From an uncultured archaeon (GTDB lineage: Archaea; Thermoproteota; Nitrososphaeria; Nitrososphaerales; Gagatemarchaeaceae): DNA of 64,000 bases. This document shows positions 30,485 to 42,346 of the stretch, in pieces. Under the pieces are notes generated by a model. That model saw nothing but the letters and a program-made list of their open reading frames with translations. It was not told where the DNA came from and did no database searches. Each line of letters starts with the position of its first letter. Position 1 is the stretch's first letter. The stretch covers positions 1,920,001 through 1,984,000 of the forward strand of contig CAWCYD010000003.1 in NCBI GenBank assembly GCA_963799775.1, given 5' to 3'. Made by a program: the position numbers and the translations under genes.

Positions 30485-31471
30485 CTACGCAGCAGCCTGG
30501 GCCAGCGCTTCGTCGTCCCTCACCGCCGTGAGGTGGACGAACTGACCCGCGGCGAAGGTCGCCTCGCAGCACACGCCACCGGTGACGTTCACCGTCTCCC
30601 AACCCTCGTCAGATTCGGACGAGGCTGCGCCGTCCTGGAGCGCCTCGAGGAAACCGACGATGGCCCGGACGACGTTCTCGTCCTTGACCGACACGTCGAG
30701 CACCCTCTCGTCCACCCTCGGCACCAGCACCTCGGCGAACTTCTCGACTACCGCGTCGTTGAAGACCCGCCACGACTCTGGAGAGTCGAAGACCTCGATG
30801 CCATAGACGCCTCTCTCGTCGAAGACGACGAGCCCTACCTGCTCCTCGTGGTTGGGGATCTCCTTCGTCAGCTCGTCCACCATCTCGGTGAACCTGTCCG
30901 TGATCCCGAGCGTCCCCACGAGGTTGTCGTCGGGACCAGGAGCGTAGCCTCCGTCTCCTGTCGCGCCTCCCAGCGCGCTCTTCGCAGCCCCGTAGTTGGA
31001 GACGGCCCCCCAGACCGTCTCCTGGTCCGCCCCGACCAGCCCTCTCTCGACGCTCGCCGGAGCGAGGTGCCGAGCCTGCACCACGAACTTGGCCGTGGGG
31101 TCGATGTAGTGCGAGTGGTGGACGCAGTTCACGCCGACTTCGAGCGTCTGGCCGGCAGCGACCATCACGCTCTTGTTCACGGCCCTCGACTGCGTGCCCT
31201 TGCCCTCGAGGAGCGAGCCGACGCGCACGAAGAGCGGTCTCGTCTCGCCGTTGGTGATCCTGACCACGCCGATGCTTCCCGTGTCCTGGATCTCAACGGC
31301 CTTCGCTTCCTGGATCGTGATGTAGTCTCTCGCCTTGAGCACAGTCCGGATCACGGGCACGACTAGCGCGGCGGACCTGCGGGGTCGCCACGGCGAGCTG
31401 AATCGGAACGTCCTCTGCTCCTTCAGGTCTTTGATTATCCTCTCTTCCAATTTCCTTTCTTGGGTCGACAT
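30485..31471 (-). CDS. ARPP-1 (DUF6569) family protein
   Basis: YITIQEA...N...PLFVRVGSLLEG..QSRAV..SVMV...VNCV; QETVW; QVGLVV. Confidence 0.7.
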   Translation of the reverse strand: MSTQERKLEERIIKDLKEQRTFRFSSPWRPRRSAALVVPVIRTVLKARDYITIQEAKAVEIQDTGSIGVVRITNGETRPLFVRVGSLLEGKGTQSRAVNKSVMVAAGQTLEVGVNCVHHSHYIDPTAKFVVQARHLAPASVERGLVGADQETVWGAVSNYGAAKSALGGATGDGGYAPGPDDNLVGTLGITDRFTEMVDELTKEIPNHEEQVGLVVFDERGVYGIEVFDSPESWRVFNDAVVEKFAEVLVPRVDERVLDVSVKDENVVRAIVGFLEALQDGAASSESDEGWETVNVTGGVCCEATFAAGQFVHLTAVRDDEALAQAAA

Positions 31472-31596
31472 GTTTTGTCGATTGTCAAAGGAGGGACAAA
31501 CATGATATACCTGCCTCCGTATACTGTGCATAGTGTGCGCATAGATGCCTTCCAACGCATACGTCCCGCCTCTGTTTCGGGGCAAGGAAGGAAGGA

Positions 31597-32393
31597 TGAA
31601 CGCCGGAATCGTCCGCTACCTCGGGCTAAACGGCCCCTCCCTCATCTACAGCGTGGCCAAGGCGCTAGCTGCCGGCTCTGACACGAAGGTCCACTACCCC
31701 ACCGTCAACAGGCGGGTCCACGACCTGGTCCGGCGAGGCTATCTGGCCTCTGCTGGCAGCAGGGAGACGAAGTCTGGGGCCCGGGCATCCCTCTTCACCA
31801 CGACGGTCCGGGGCGACTTTGGGTGCCTCGCATCAGGGCTCGACACCCGAGATCAATTCCTACTCACGGAGGAGGCGGGGAAGAAACCAAAGTCGCCCTT
31901 CGCCCTCCTGAAGATGATGGTAGACCGGGGGATGCCGTTCGAATTCGTCCGAAGAGAGTTCCTCGACGGGATAGCCCAGGACGTGAGGAACGGCTACATC
32001 AACATCGAGGCGCTCAACGAGGAGGTCATCTGCAGCGCTTTCGCCGCCTCCCTCGCGAGGAAGCTCCGGCAGGTCATGGGTGAAGAAAAGGGAAGGGAAT
32101 ATGTTGACAGCATCATCGACATGATAGGGTCGCTCATCTCGCCCTCCCCACGAGACGCTCCGGCGCAGTCCTTCGCGGCCATCGCCGGCGCAGGAGCGGG
32201 GGCAGCGTCCGGCGCGTCGATGACGCCATCGCGGCTGGAATCAAATGGACCTTTCTCCCCTTGTGGGAGCGGTGCCCTCTCCGTCTCGTGGTCCTGTGGA
32301 TTGGAGGTCCGACCTGCTGCAGTTGCTGACGGACATGTCGAGGAGGGACTAGGATGCCGAAAGACCCTCAAGACATATTCGACGACGACCTAA
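31597..32393 (+). CDS. winged-helix-like hypothetical protein
   Basis: HYPTVNRRVHDLVRRGYL...FTTTVRG. Confidence 0.6.
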
Positions 32394-32833
32394 GGGAGAA
32401 GGTCTACCAATCCACCCGAGAGAAGGTCGAGTCGCTTTGGTACGCATCGGTGGACGGGGACATCGAGCGGGTGAGGGCCATCCTCGACGAGGGCTACCAC
32501 GACGTCAACGGAGGGAACAGGTGGCAGGTTGACATGGACCCCAACGGGTGGTCTAGGACGCCCCTCCACGCGGCCGTGCTCAATGCGAACGTGAAGCTCG
32601 CGAAGTTCCTCCTCACCAAAGGGGCTGACCCAAACCGGAGGACCAAGTACGGCGACACGCCGCTCCACTTCGCTGTTGAGGGAGGCCAGCTCGAGATGGT
32701 CAGGCTCCTTTTGAAGAACGGCGCGGATGCCTCAGTCAAGAACGACGACGGCGACACGCCCTTGGACATCGCCAAGGCTCATCGCCTGACGGAGATCATA
32801 TCCCTGCTCCGACCAAAACCAAAGAAGGCGTGA
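32354..32833 (+). CDS. ankyrin-repeat protein
   Basis: TPLHAA, GADPN...GDTPLHFA, GDTPLDIA. Confidence 0.93.
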   Translation: MPKDPQDIFDDDLREKVYQSTREKVESLWYASVDGDIERVRAILDEGYHDVNGGNRWQVDMDPNGWSRTPLHAAVLNANVKLAKFLLTKGADPNRRTKYGDTPLHFAVEGGQLEMVRLLLKNGADASVKNDDGDTPLDIAKAHRLTEIISLLRPKPKKA

Positions 32834-32890
32834 TGGCTCCAATGTGCGCGCGACATTAAAGAACAACCTGCAAAGAGCGACCGATTCCTC

Positions 32891-34693
32891 ATGAGATTCT
32901 GCTCCGCGTGCGGCGCTCGCCTGAAGTCATCGGCGAGGAGGGCTTGCCCCAACTGCGGAGCTCGCATCGAGGCGGCGCCGGAGGAGGCCGTCCGCGTAGA
33001 GCGCCAGCCCGTCAAGGCTCTCGCAGAGTCGTTCCCCTACCGGCAGATGAGGCCCTTCCAGAAGGACGTCCTCGAGAAGATCGACGCCGCGCTCGCCTCT
33101 GGCAAGAAGTTCATCATCCTGGAGGCGCCCGTCGGGTTCGGCAAGTCGGCCGTCGCCGCGGCACTATGCCGTCGCACGAGGTCGGCGTACGTCCTGACCT
33201 CTACGAAGCAGCTCCAGGACCAGTATTCCTCCGACTTTGGGTTCACGACTGTGATGGGCAAGTCCAACTTCACGTGCTTCGTCCCGACGAGCTCCGGCCG
33301 CCTGGTTGCCTGCAGCAAGGGGCGCTGCGAGGCGGACTGGAGCCTCTCCGACTGCCCCCACTACCTGACCTTCGACCAGTACGAGGACCACCTCAAGCGC
33401 CTCTGCGACAAAGACTCGAAGTGCGAGAAGCTTATGAAGAGCAACGGCGGGAAGATCTGCACCTACTACAAACAAAAGTGGGACTCGCTCAGGAGGGACG
33501 TCACGGTCGGCAACTACTCCTTCTTCTTCAGCGAGCTCAAGTTCACCGACGACCTCAGGAAGAGGATGCTCCTCGTGTGCGACGAGGCCCACGACCTGGA
33601 GAGGCAGCTCGTCGGCGCGGCCGCGTTCACGCTGATGACAGCTCGCAGGTCCGACAATACTCCGAGGAGGGCCGGGAGTTCAACATCCCCTTCAAGGAAG
33701 GCATGGAGACGGACGCGGGCCTGTGGCTGGCCGCTTTGGGCTCGGCCAAGGAGGTGCTGCGAGGATTCTACGACGCCAATGAAGAGAATCTCTCGATGCA
33801 GGACCGAATGGTGTCCTGCTCCGACGTATTGGAGTCGCTCGAGGCCTTCACCCACGACCTGAAGGCTGCGCCGCAGAACTGGGTCGTCTGCGGCATGAAG
33901 AGGACGAGCATGACACTCGACGCCCAGAGCGGGGCGCACGCAGAGCTGGTCGACGAGGTGTCCTTCCAGCCCCTCGACATCGCGGCGTACACCGCCAAGC
34001 TCTTCGACACAGCGGAGACCGTCCTGCTGATGTCGGCCACCATCTTCTCCGACTCGCTCCTCTGCAAGACCCTCGGGATCCCGATAGAAAAGGCGGAGTT
34101 CGTGAAGGTCTCAGACTCGTCGTTCCCTGTGGAGAACAGGAGGATCTACTCGATGGATGTCGCGCGCCTCAGCAGGGCGACGATGGACGCTTCTCTGGAG
34201 AGCGTCGCCAAGGCGGTAGACGAGATAATGGACCGGCACGCCGGCGAGAGAGGCGTAGTCCACACCACGTCATACTTCCAGGCGAAGTACGTGATGGACC
34301 ACGTCTCCGAGCACAACAAAGCAAGATTGGTCACGACGGAAGGAAGCGCGAACAGGGGCGAGCTACTGCGGGCACACGGTGTCAAGGAGGGGTCGGTGCT
34401 CATCTCACCTAGCCTCTACCAGGGAGTCGACCTCAAGGACGACCTCTCGAGGTTCCAGGTGATAGTCAAGGTTCCCGTACCCCGACCTCTCGGACCGGAG
34501 GACCCAGGTCAAGATGGAAAGGGACAAGGGCTGGTACCGTTGGCAGACGGCCCAGCGTCTAGTGCAGACTTACGGAAGATCGGTTCGTAGTGAAACCGAC
34601 CACGCAATAACCTACATTTTGGATTCCAACTTTCCGTCCTTCGTCAGGGACAACAGGAAGCTCTTCCCGCAATACTTCCTCGAAGCGCTTTAG
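32891..34693 (+). CDS. XPD/DinG-family SF2 helicase with an N-terminal zinc ribbon, frameshifted near 33645 and 34475
   Basis: MRPFQ, APVGFGKS, DEAH, SAT, GVDLKDDLSRFQVIVKVPYP, QTYGRSVR; Cys-rich FeS-like region. Confidence 0.9.
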
Positions 34694-34725
34694 GCGTGAC
34701 TCTTTGCCGTCGCATGTTCGCTGAA

Positions 34726-35041
34726 TCATCGCGCGAGTTCCTTCTTTAGAAGGATGACGCTTTCTAGGAGAAGGATTTCATCCGCAAGCGTCTCCGGAGA
34801 CAGTCTCCCCGCAGAAGCTACGCGCTTCATCATTACGGGTTCTAGGTCTTCGAGCAGAGCCCTGACCGTCGTTCTTTCTGAGCCGTCAGGCATTCTTGCG
34901 GCGTGGCCTCTTCGCACGACGGTTGGCAATCCAAGAATCTACTATCTCGTTAAGCCATTCCTCGACCTCAGGTTTGGGGCGAGATAGCCTGCTCCTCAGA
35001 TAGGAGAGGTCGTCTTGGTACTCTTTGTCGGTCCGTTTCAT
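34726..35041 (-). CDS. small hypothetical protein, probably frameshifted near 34900
   Basis: Two overlapping short ORFs. Confidence 0.4.
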
Positions 35042-35129
35042 GGGATAGAATAGACTCTGCCCGGATTTAAGCACCGACCCCGGATTGCGTTTGCGTCGGA
35101 CTTTTGGTCTCTACTGGGATTTTGCTCTA

Positions 35130-36511
35130 TTAGCCGTACACCGCCGGCATAATGTCGACAGGAATGAAGAGTGTAAGGTCAGTGCTGCCGACGCCGACAT
35201 CGACTATGAGCGTGTAGAGCCTTGGGGGCGCGTTTCCCGAGGCCGTGAAATGGAGGCCGAAGTAGAGCGGGGCGTAGGCGATTATCGACCGATTCGTTTG
35301 CGGTTCAGACACCGCAAACTGCATCCAAGTCGGCTGGGGCAACACTTGGCCGTTCCCACCAAGGAACCCCGCAATCGAGAGGGAGACAGGGAGGGTCTGA
35401 TTTGTATCGCCGCCCTGAGGATCATAGATTATCGACTGGATATCGAGGTTTGACTGGCCGACCGAGTCCTCCGCCGTGCTCCCAAGGAATTCCTGATTTG
35501 CAGCCAGGGATCGCAAGACGACGAAACGGTTCGCGTTCTCCAACAGCCCCGCAGGCAGAGCAATCTCGCCGATGTTTGAGCTGCCTGTGGTCGCTTGAAT
35601 TATCAGGGGATTGTTGTTGCCGTTGAGGACGAGGTTGGAAAGAGGGTTGAGCACGGTCTCGCCGGCGAGAAGCATCTCTGCTCGCGTCCCGTTTGGGCCG
35701 ACCTCCGGAAGGAACGACGGCAGGAACTTTATCCAATATCCAGAAACAAGTCCAATCGAGCTGAGGTTGACGTCCTCGATGACTGTGGGCGACGAAATGG
35801 TCAGGGGATATTCTTGGAGACTAGGGAATCCAGTGATCGAGGACGGGGTAGAGCCTGGGGACGGGTTGGGCTGGCTCGGCGAGCCGACCGATATCGTGAT
35901 GTCTCCCTCGGCGTAATTAGCCGACTCGATCTGCTTGATCCCAAAGTAGTCCGACGTGAAGGAAAGACCGAAGGTGGCGTTCGCGACAAGGATGTAGTCC
36001 CCCGTCGTCAACGAACCCAGACCGAATCCGTTTTCGACGGACGAGCTCGTGGCGACCAGCTTCATCGAACCTGATTGAAAGAGAGAAGCGGTGATGTTCT
36101 GGGTATTCTGCCAGTCTGAGACCCCGAAGTTGAGTGTGGCATTAGGGTAGACCACCAAGGTCGGGATGCTGGTAGTCGTGTTCTTCAGGGGGTCTGGGGC
36201 ACCACAGTTCCGCACCGAAGTTGTTGCGCTCTGGTTCGTCGTTGCTGAACCGGCCCAGCAATAGGCCCTTGCTCGCCGTAAAACACCCCGTCGCCCACAC
36301 GGACGGAAATCTGGGGGATGCTGGCAACTGAGGCAGGAAGCGGGGGAGGACCGAATAGGCGGCCCGTCCCATATGGCCCCGGGCTCAAAACCTTGGGGCT
36401 AACGGTGTCTAGGACGTAGATGCCCGCCAACGCCGCCACAATCAGCAAGACCGCCAGCCATACGGCATTCGCGCTAACCCACTGAGCGCGTGAGGAGGGG
36501 TCAGTTTCCAA
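35130..36511 (-). CDS. membrane-anchored surface protein, frameshifted near 36200
   Basis: N-terminal TM helix in 36185-36511; beta-rich body in 35130-36215. Confidence 0.6.
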
Positions 36512-36603
36512 CGATCATCCTACCGTTATCTGTACGACCTGCCGGGAGCATCCTTCAGATAAGGCGTGGGGAGGAAAGTTCCACATGGAGAGAGCTTCTT
36601 CAC

Positions 36604-37373
36604 TCAGCCGGGCGCAGCTATCCCACTGTGCTCTATCGTGAAGTGTAGTATCACTAGGGCTCCCCACTCGTCACCCGCGACCGCCGTGTAGGTGCCCGGC
36701 GGGAAGCCCTCCATCATCGAATTCGAAGTAGCTCCTCCCATCCCAGAAGACGTCGTCGATGCCATCAGCGGAGAGTAGATCCCCGTCGCATTTACTATCG
36801 AGAGCATCTGGGTGGCGTTCCCCGTGCCCGGGAGTATCAAGGCCATGTCGCTGGAGGGCTGGAAGAGGTATCCCGTGACGTACCTCACCAGCATCGGGCA
36901 GGCGACTGGAGCGTAGATTTGTAGAGGGTGCCCTTCGGTCAGGTTGGCCGCAGCAAAGGGCACCCTGGTAGATCGCGACCCCATAGGGCAGGTCGAAGGT
37001 GCCCGCACGGCCCGTCAGAGAGCCCGTTGACGGCCCATGAGGACGACGTGCTGACGTTGCTACTCGAGACGCGGAGGTTGTAATCGTCCACCGTCATGCT
37101 CACCATCGAGCCGTTGATCCCGGGCCCTTGATAGAAGTTCAACTTCAGCTGAAGCTGCAGTCCGTCGGTGGAGTTGGCTCCGCCCGATGTGCTTCCACCG
37201 GTGGAGGACATGGATGTCGTCGATGTAGTAATTGTCGACACCAAAGTTGTCGTCGCCCTAGAGCTTGTCTGCGAAACGCTGGAACTTGTCGTTCCCTGCT
37301 GGGTGACAAAGAAGCCTGCCCCAACCACAATCGCCGCAACGACGACTGCGAATGCAACTGTCGCTCCCTTCAT
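36604..37373 (-). CDS. Ser/Thr-rich surface protein ('AGDEWG' family), frameshifted around 36960-37005
   Basis: Paralogous to 49799-50842 (GYLFQP, YT..AGDEWG.LV.LHF). Confidence 0.7.
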
Positions 37374-37575
37374 GATTCTTCGTCTATCCTGAGGTCTGCA
37401 TGGCTATTTAGTCCTAGGCACTAGAACGGTCTGTTCGCGCTAGACCCATGTCAAATTTGGTCGAGGGTTCCCGTGCAGCGTCTCAACATGTTGTGGAAAT
37501 GCGATAGCTCGACGAGCCGGGGCCCGCGTGACCTCCTTGCAACGCTTAAAGTGTTGAGGAGCATCCTTGCGCCGG

Positions 37576-38137
37576 ATGGAAGGCCCCTTCGCCTACGTCT
37601 TCTGGCACTGGCCCAAGGAAGGGATAACACCTGCATCCTACGAGACCAGGCTGTCCTCGTTTCAGCGTTCCCTTGAGTCGAGCAAGCCGAGCGGGCTCAT
37701 CGAGGCAACGAGCTTCCGTGTCGACAAGCTGCCCTGGGGCAACCCGGCGGGCGCTCTCTATGAAGACTGGTATGTCGTGAAGGACTTCGCCTCGCTGGGT
37801 GCCCCTGAACGACGCGGCGATCTCCGGGACGGCCCGCGAACCCCACGACTCTGTCGCCAGGGACTACATGAAGGGGGCCGGGGGAGTGTTCAGGATGATC
37901 AGCGGGGGGCTGCGCCTGCGCGACGCCGAGTTCGTGGCCTGGGTCGACAAGTCGGTCGGACCCTCCTACGAGTCCTACTATGAGGAGATTGCAAAGAACG
38001 TCGGCGCGAGGAGCACCGACCTGTGGCGAAGACAGATGGTCCTCGGTCCTTCTTCCCAGTTCTGCGTTCACAGCGAGGACGAGATTCAGTTCCCCGAGAG
38101 CTTCCGTCCGATCTCTGCCCAGTTGCAGCGAATCTAG
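37576..38137 (+). CDS. hypothetical protein, frameshifted near 37803
   Basis: AYVFWHWP...YEDWY / LWRRQMVLGP. Confidence 0.6.
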
Positions 38138-38182
38138 TGAGAACGAAGCTCGTCTAGAGTCAATAAATACGGCCGCAGCCTG

Positions 38183-38980
38183 TTGTTTCAGGCGTTGGCC
38201 GAGAGCGAAGCGATCAAGGACGCGGTGAAGGAGTCATATGGCGCACTAGCGGAGAAGAGGTCATCGTTCGACATCGTGACCTGCTGCGAGCCGAGCGGCG
38301 AACCCAAGCTTGAGCAGCTAGTCAGATACGGCTATTCCGCGGCCGAACTCGAGCACGTACCCGAGTCGGTGAAGGTCATGTCCGACGGGTGCGGCAACCC
38401 CACGGGCCTAGCGATCATCAGGAAGGGGGACACCGTGCTCGACCTGGGGTCGGGAGGTGGCATCGACGTGCTGCTGGCGAGCAGGAAGGTCGGCCCTCAC
38501 GGCAGGGTCATCGGTCTTGACATGACGCCGCAGATGGTCAGCAGCGCAGCAGAGAACGCGAAGAGGTTGAACCTGGCCAACGTGGTGTTCAAGCTAGGCG
38601 AGATAGAGAGCATTCCGCTCGAGGACGAGAGCGTCGACGTCGTGATAAGCAACTGCGTCATCTGCCTCAGCCCGGACAAGGAGGCCGTCTTCCGCGAGGT
38701 GCACAGGGTAATGAGGCCAGGTGGAAGGCTCGCGGTAGCCGACGAAGTCGCAATCCATCCGTTCACAAAGGCGGAGATGGCGGACCCCGAGAAGTGGTGC
38801 TCGTGCGTGGCCGGGGCGGTGACCGAAGACGCGTACGCCAAGGCCCTGGTCAGGGCAAATTTCGACCAGGTCTACGTGAGGCGACTGCGGCCGCCATCTG
38901 ACTCGATGCCCAACGTCTTCAGCGCATTCATCAGCGCCGTCAAGCCGTCCTCAGAGGTCCGAACTCGCGGTCTAACGTGA
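38183..38980 (+). CDS. arsM: arsenite methyltransferase-like SAM methyltransferase
   Basis: CC, GCGNP, DLGSGGG, SNCVI, WCSCVAGA. Confidence 0.85.
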   Translation: MFQALAESEAIKDAVKESYGALAEKRSSFDIVTCCEPSGEPKLEQLVRYGYSAAELEHVPESVKVMSDGCGNPTGLAIIRKGDTVLDLGSGGGIDVLLASRKVGPHGRVIGLDMTPQMVSSAAENAKRLNLANVVFKLGEIESIPLEDESVDVVISNCVICLSPDKEAVFREVHRVMRPGGRLAVADEVAIHPFTKAEMADPEKWCSCVAGAVTEDAYAKALVRANFDQVYVRRLRPPSDSMPNVFSAFISAVKPSSEVRTRGLT

Positions 38981-39364
38981 AGGGGCGGGCAGCCTGTTCG
39001 TCAAGTACTCCAGCGTTTCGGCGAGTTGCGCTCGCTTCTCTTCCAGGCCCCTGTTCTCCCTCTCCAGAGCGGAGACCCTCTCCTCGAGCGCCGAAATCTC
39101 TCCCTCGGTTCTGCACCTTTCGATCTCTCGATCCAGCGCGTGGGACCTCTCCTCCATGGCTGCCAGCCTTTCTTGCATCTGAGCGTCCACCGACCGGGCC
39201 TCCTGCATCTCCTTGCCCAGCTGGGAGAGCTTCTCCCTGCTCAGGAGCGCGTACCGGCGCTTGCCCCTGACGGCAGGAATGTCGGTGCCGCAGCGCTTGC
39301 AGCTCATCAGGTCGATGATGACCGCTTCAGAAGCGGCGCCCAAGAGAGGCTCGCTCGAGTGCAT
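38972..39364 (-). CDS. coiled-coil hypothetical protein
   Basis: Heptad-rich E/R/L sequence. Confidence 0.55.
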   Translation of the reverse strand: MHSSEPLLGAASEAVIIDLMSCKRCGTDIPAVRGKRRYALLSREKLSQLGKEMQEARSVDAQMQERLAAMEERSHALDREIERCRTEGEISALEERVSALERENRGLEEKRAQLAETLEYLTNRLPAPSR

Positions 39365-39483
39365 GAAATGAAGAGCGGGCCGTGAAACTGTCCCCGTTGC
39401 AGCTGGGGCAGAGCAGGCCCTGCTTTTGCTCTCGCCGCTTCGACGGCGTCCCGTCAGGCAACGTCAGCACTTGTCCTGCAGGC

Positions 39484-39747
39484 CTAGTTGGACTGGGCCT
39501 GAGGAGCGACTTGCTGTTGCTCTAAAGAGGGCTTTCCCTCTGCCAGCGCCCTGAGCATGTCCCTGACGACTCCTAGTGAGCTGTTGCTCGACTCGAGGAG
39601 AGCCGCGTATCTTGACATCTCCAAGATCGGTATCTGTTCGACGAGCACGGAGATCTCGTTCTCCAGCGCGGACCTTGTCTGCTCTAGGTCTCCCAGTCGT
39701 GCCTCTAGTTCTTCCCTTCTTCCTCGCGATTCGCTCGCAGTTTCCAT
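39484..39747 (-). CDS. coiled-coil hypothetical protein
   Basis: Heptad-rich sequence. Confidence 0.55.
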   Translation of the reverse strand: METASESRGRREELEARLGDLEQTRSALENEISVLVEQIPILEMSRYAALLESSNSSLGVVRDMLRALAEGKPSLEQQQVAPQAQSN

Positions 39748-39880
39748 GTGGGTGCAGTAGGCGTCGCTCTATGTCTGCCACCCCGCCCAAATGAGTTGAG
39801 CCGGAGGTGAACTTTGGTGGAGCGGTCGACCACCGACCGCTCTCAGCTTATATCCCCGAGGGCGACGGTGCGTCCCAAAG

Positions 39881-40288
39881 ATGGTCCGAACGAGACGAAG
39901 AGGGACGGCCATCGTCGACACACCGAAGGGGATCCTCGTCGTCAGCAAGGACGGCGGGAGCTTCATCCTTCCCGGAGGAGGCGCGAACCGCGGCGAGAGC
40001 GAGAAGGACGCCACGATACTCGAGCTGAAGGAGGAGACTGGGATGGAGGCGGTCGAGGTCGACTACCTGTTCGACTTCACGGGGATGGTCCACAAGGACT
40101 CTAGGGGCAGTTACTTCAGGAACGCCCACAAAGTGTTCGTCGTGACGGAAGGGCACCCCCGAACCAAGGCAGGAGATCAGGCGGGTTGCATACTACGACG
40201 GCTCCGCGCCGAAGATATCCTACTCAGCGCGGCAGATCATCGAGAGTTACCGGTCTTCCAGAGCCTCGGGGCGCCAGACCCAGCATGA
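39881..40288 (+). CDS. NUDIX hydrolase (paralog of 12216-12644), frameshifted near 40150
   Basis: RRRGTAIVDTP.GILVVSKDG...ELKEETG...FRNAHKVF. Confidence 0.85.
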   Translation: MVRTRRRGTAIVDTPKGILVVSKDGGSFILPGGGANRGESEKDATILELKEETGMEAVEVDYLFDFTGMVHKDSRGSYFRNAHKVFVVTEGHPRTKAGDQAGCILRRLRAEDILLSAADHRELPVFQSLGAPDPA

Positions 40289-40365
40289 ACGCTCAAGGAA
40301 CCATCTTAGGTATTCATCAATACTAACACGTTTGATGTTCCCTAGGTTCTCCTTGATGATAGGCG

Positions 40366-40593
40366 ATGCCAAAGGACAAGGCCAAGGCTAAGGGGTCACA
40401 GCTGTTCAAGTGCGACAAGTGCGGGGCGACCTTCACAGACCGCGAGATGCTGGAGAAGCACATGAAGAGCCACACAACCGCAAGGACGCCGGGCCCCTCT
40501 GGCGGGGGCGAGACTGTGGTCCAGGGCCAACCGCGGACGCCTCCATCTTCAGCTCCACCCGAACCGACACCTGCCGTTCCTCAAACAGTGTAA
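40366..40593 (+). CDS. C2H2 zinc-finger small protein
   Basis: FKCDKCGATF...LEKHMKSH. Confidence 0.85.
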   Translation: MPKDKAKAKGSQLFKCDKCGATFTDREMLEKHMKSHTTARTPGPSGGGETVVQGQPRTPPSSAPPEPTPAVPQTV

Positions 40594-40620
40594 ACGCTAC
40601 AATCACGAGCGCTAGGGGCG

Positions 40621-40935
40621 CTAGGTGTCCTTCGCGGTCTGCCCTTTCTTTCTCTTCGAGTCCATCGTCCTGTCGATGATCTCAGTCTGCTTCTGCAGGA
40701 ATGACCTGTACGCGCCCAAAAGCTCCGCCTGCTCCTTGCGCGTCATCTCGTCCACGGTCTTCAAAGCCTCGGTGAGACCCTTCGAAGCCTTGGCGAAGGA
40801 GCTGTCGAGGGCGTCCGCGACGTTGGGCACCTCGCGCGAAAGCCTCGCGCGGGCGGCACGGGTCACAGCGTCCAGAAGCTCGCCCGCGTTCTTCGCCGTC
40901 TCCTTCGCTTTCGCCTTGACCTCTTCCGAACTCAT
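40621..40935 (-). CDS. helical hypothetical protein
   Basis: MSSEEVKAKAKETAK...; charged, helical. Confidence 0.55.
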   Translation of the reverse strand: MSSEEVKAKAKETAKNAGELLDAVTRAARARLSREVPNVADALDSSFAKASKGLTEALKTVDEMTRKEQAELLGAYRSFLQKQTEIIDRTMDSKRKKGQTAKDT

Positions 40936-40979
40936 GCCTGCTCTGACGACCCACCCATAGTTAAGACTCGCGGCGGCCC

Positions 40980-42244
40980 TCACGCCTTCTTTCTCATCCA
41001 GTTGTAGGCGATTCCCACCATCGCCATCACCAAGCTGACAGCGAGCAGCGTCCCGATGAAGGGGAGTATGGCCAGCGAGACCAGGAGCGACGCCCACGGG
41101 AGCAATCGTCTCGCTCCCCTCTCCTTGAGCATCCTGACGCCCGCCGCCGACCCGATGACATACGTGAGGATGGCCGCGCCGCTCGTCGTGAGAAAGGCAG
41201 ACTGGATGCCTATGTTGGCGAAGTAGAACACCGCTAGGCTCGCCATGACGACGGCGAGGAGGAAACCGGTCGAACGTCGAGGGACCCGCTCCTCTCGTCC
41301 ACCGTGGCGAGCACGCCCGGAAAGCCGCCGTCCCTGGAAGCGGCGTAGATCACCCTGGCCATACCTGCCACGTACGCGTTGACCGTGCCGAAGATTATGA
41401 CCACGGCCAGAGCCGAGATCACCACGACCCCCGAGGATCCTAGCACGGAAGACATGAGCACAGCGAATGGGGTGATCCCCCCGCCGCTCTCGTACGCCCC
41501 AGTGCCCACTATCGCGATCGCAACCGCGAGGTAGAGGACGCATACCAGGACGACGCTTATCGCGACGCTCCGCCCAAAGTCTCGCTTCGGGTCCTTGAAC
41601 TCCTCCGCCACGTTCGAGACGTTCTCGTATCCGAGGAACGACCAGACTATCAGAGCCGCTGCGACCCCCACCGAGGCGAGGCCGTCGGGCATGAACGGGG
41701 AGAAGTTGGAGGCGCTCACCTTCACGCTCGAGGCTACCACGGCGGACGAGAGGACGGCGATTATCACTGCGACCGTCGCCAGCTGGACCCTGCCGCTGAA
41801 CTTGATCCCGCGGAGGTTCACGGCGAACGCCGTCACGAGAAGCAGCCCCGCGAACAGGAAGGTCTCGGGCCTGGTCAACGGCACCGAGGACGCGACGTAG
41901 GAACCCGCCGCGAGGCTTATCGCTGGCGCCCCCGAGACAACCCATGCCACGAACAACCACGCGACGATCGCCGCAGTCCTCACACCGAACGCCTCCTTCG
42001 CGAAGGAGTAGATCCCGCCCGACTCTGGGTTGCGGGCCGAGAGCCTCGAGAAGGTGTATGCGAAAGGATAGCTCGCCAAAGAAAGAAGGCCCCAAGCCAG
42101 CAAGGAGGCGGGCCCTGCCGCCCTCGCGGCGAGCCCTGGGATCACGAGCACACCCGCCCCGAGGACGGAGCTGACGTAGAGCGCGACCGCGTAACGGAGG
42201 GTGATCTCCCGCTTCAGGTTCGAGGGCTGCAGACTCCGCGCAAC
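40980..42244 (-). CDS. APC-family amino acid permease, frameshifted near 41285; start approximate
   Basis: SVLGAG, AAGPASLLAW, SGGIY, FLGYE...AEEFKDP. Confidence 0.9.
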
Positions 42245-42346
42245 TCCTTAGAGCGATGAATGGGGGTCGTCGCGATATAAGGCGACGAGCAGCGTACGCC
42301 GGCGATTGGCGACAAGTAAATACCTCCCCGCCACCTCGCTCCCACC

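Noticed and set aside
30314-31366. Long antisense/alternate-frame ORFs (also 2246-2821, 12791-13534, 57482-58558)
   Set aside because: Shadows of real genes in GC-rich DNA; compositionally biased and motif-free.
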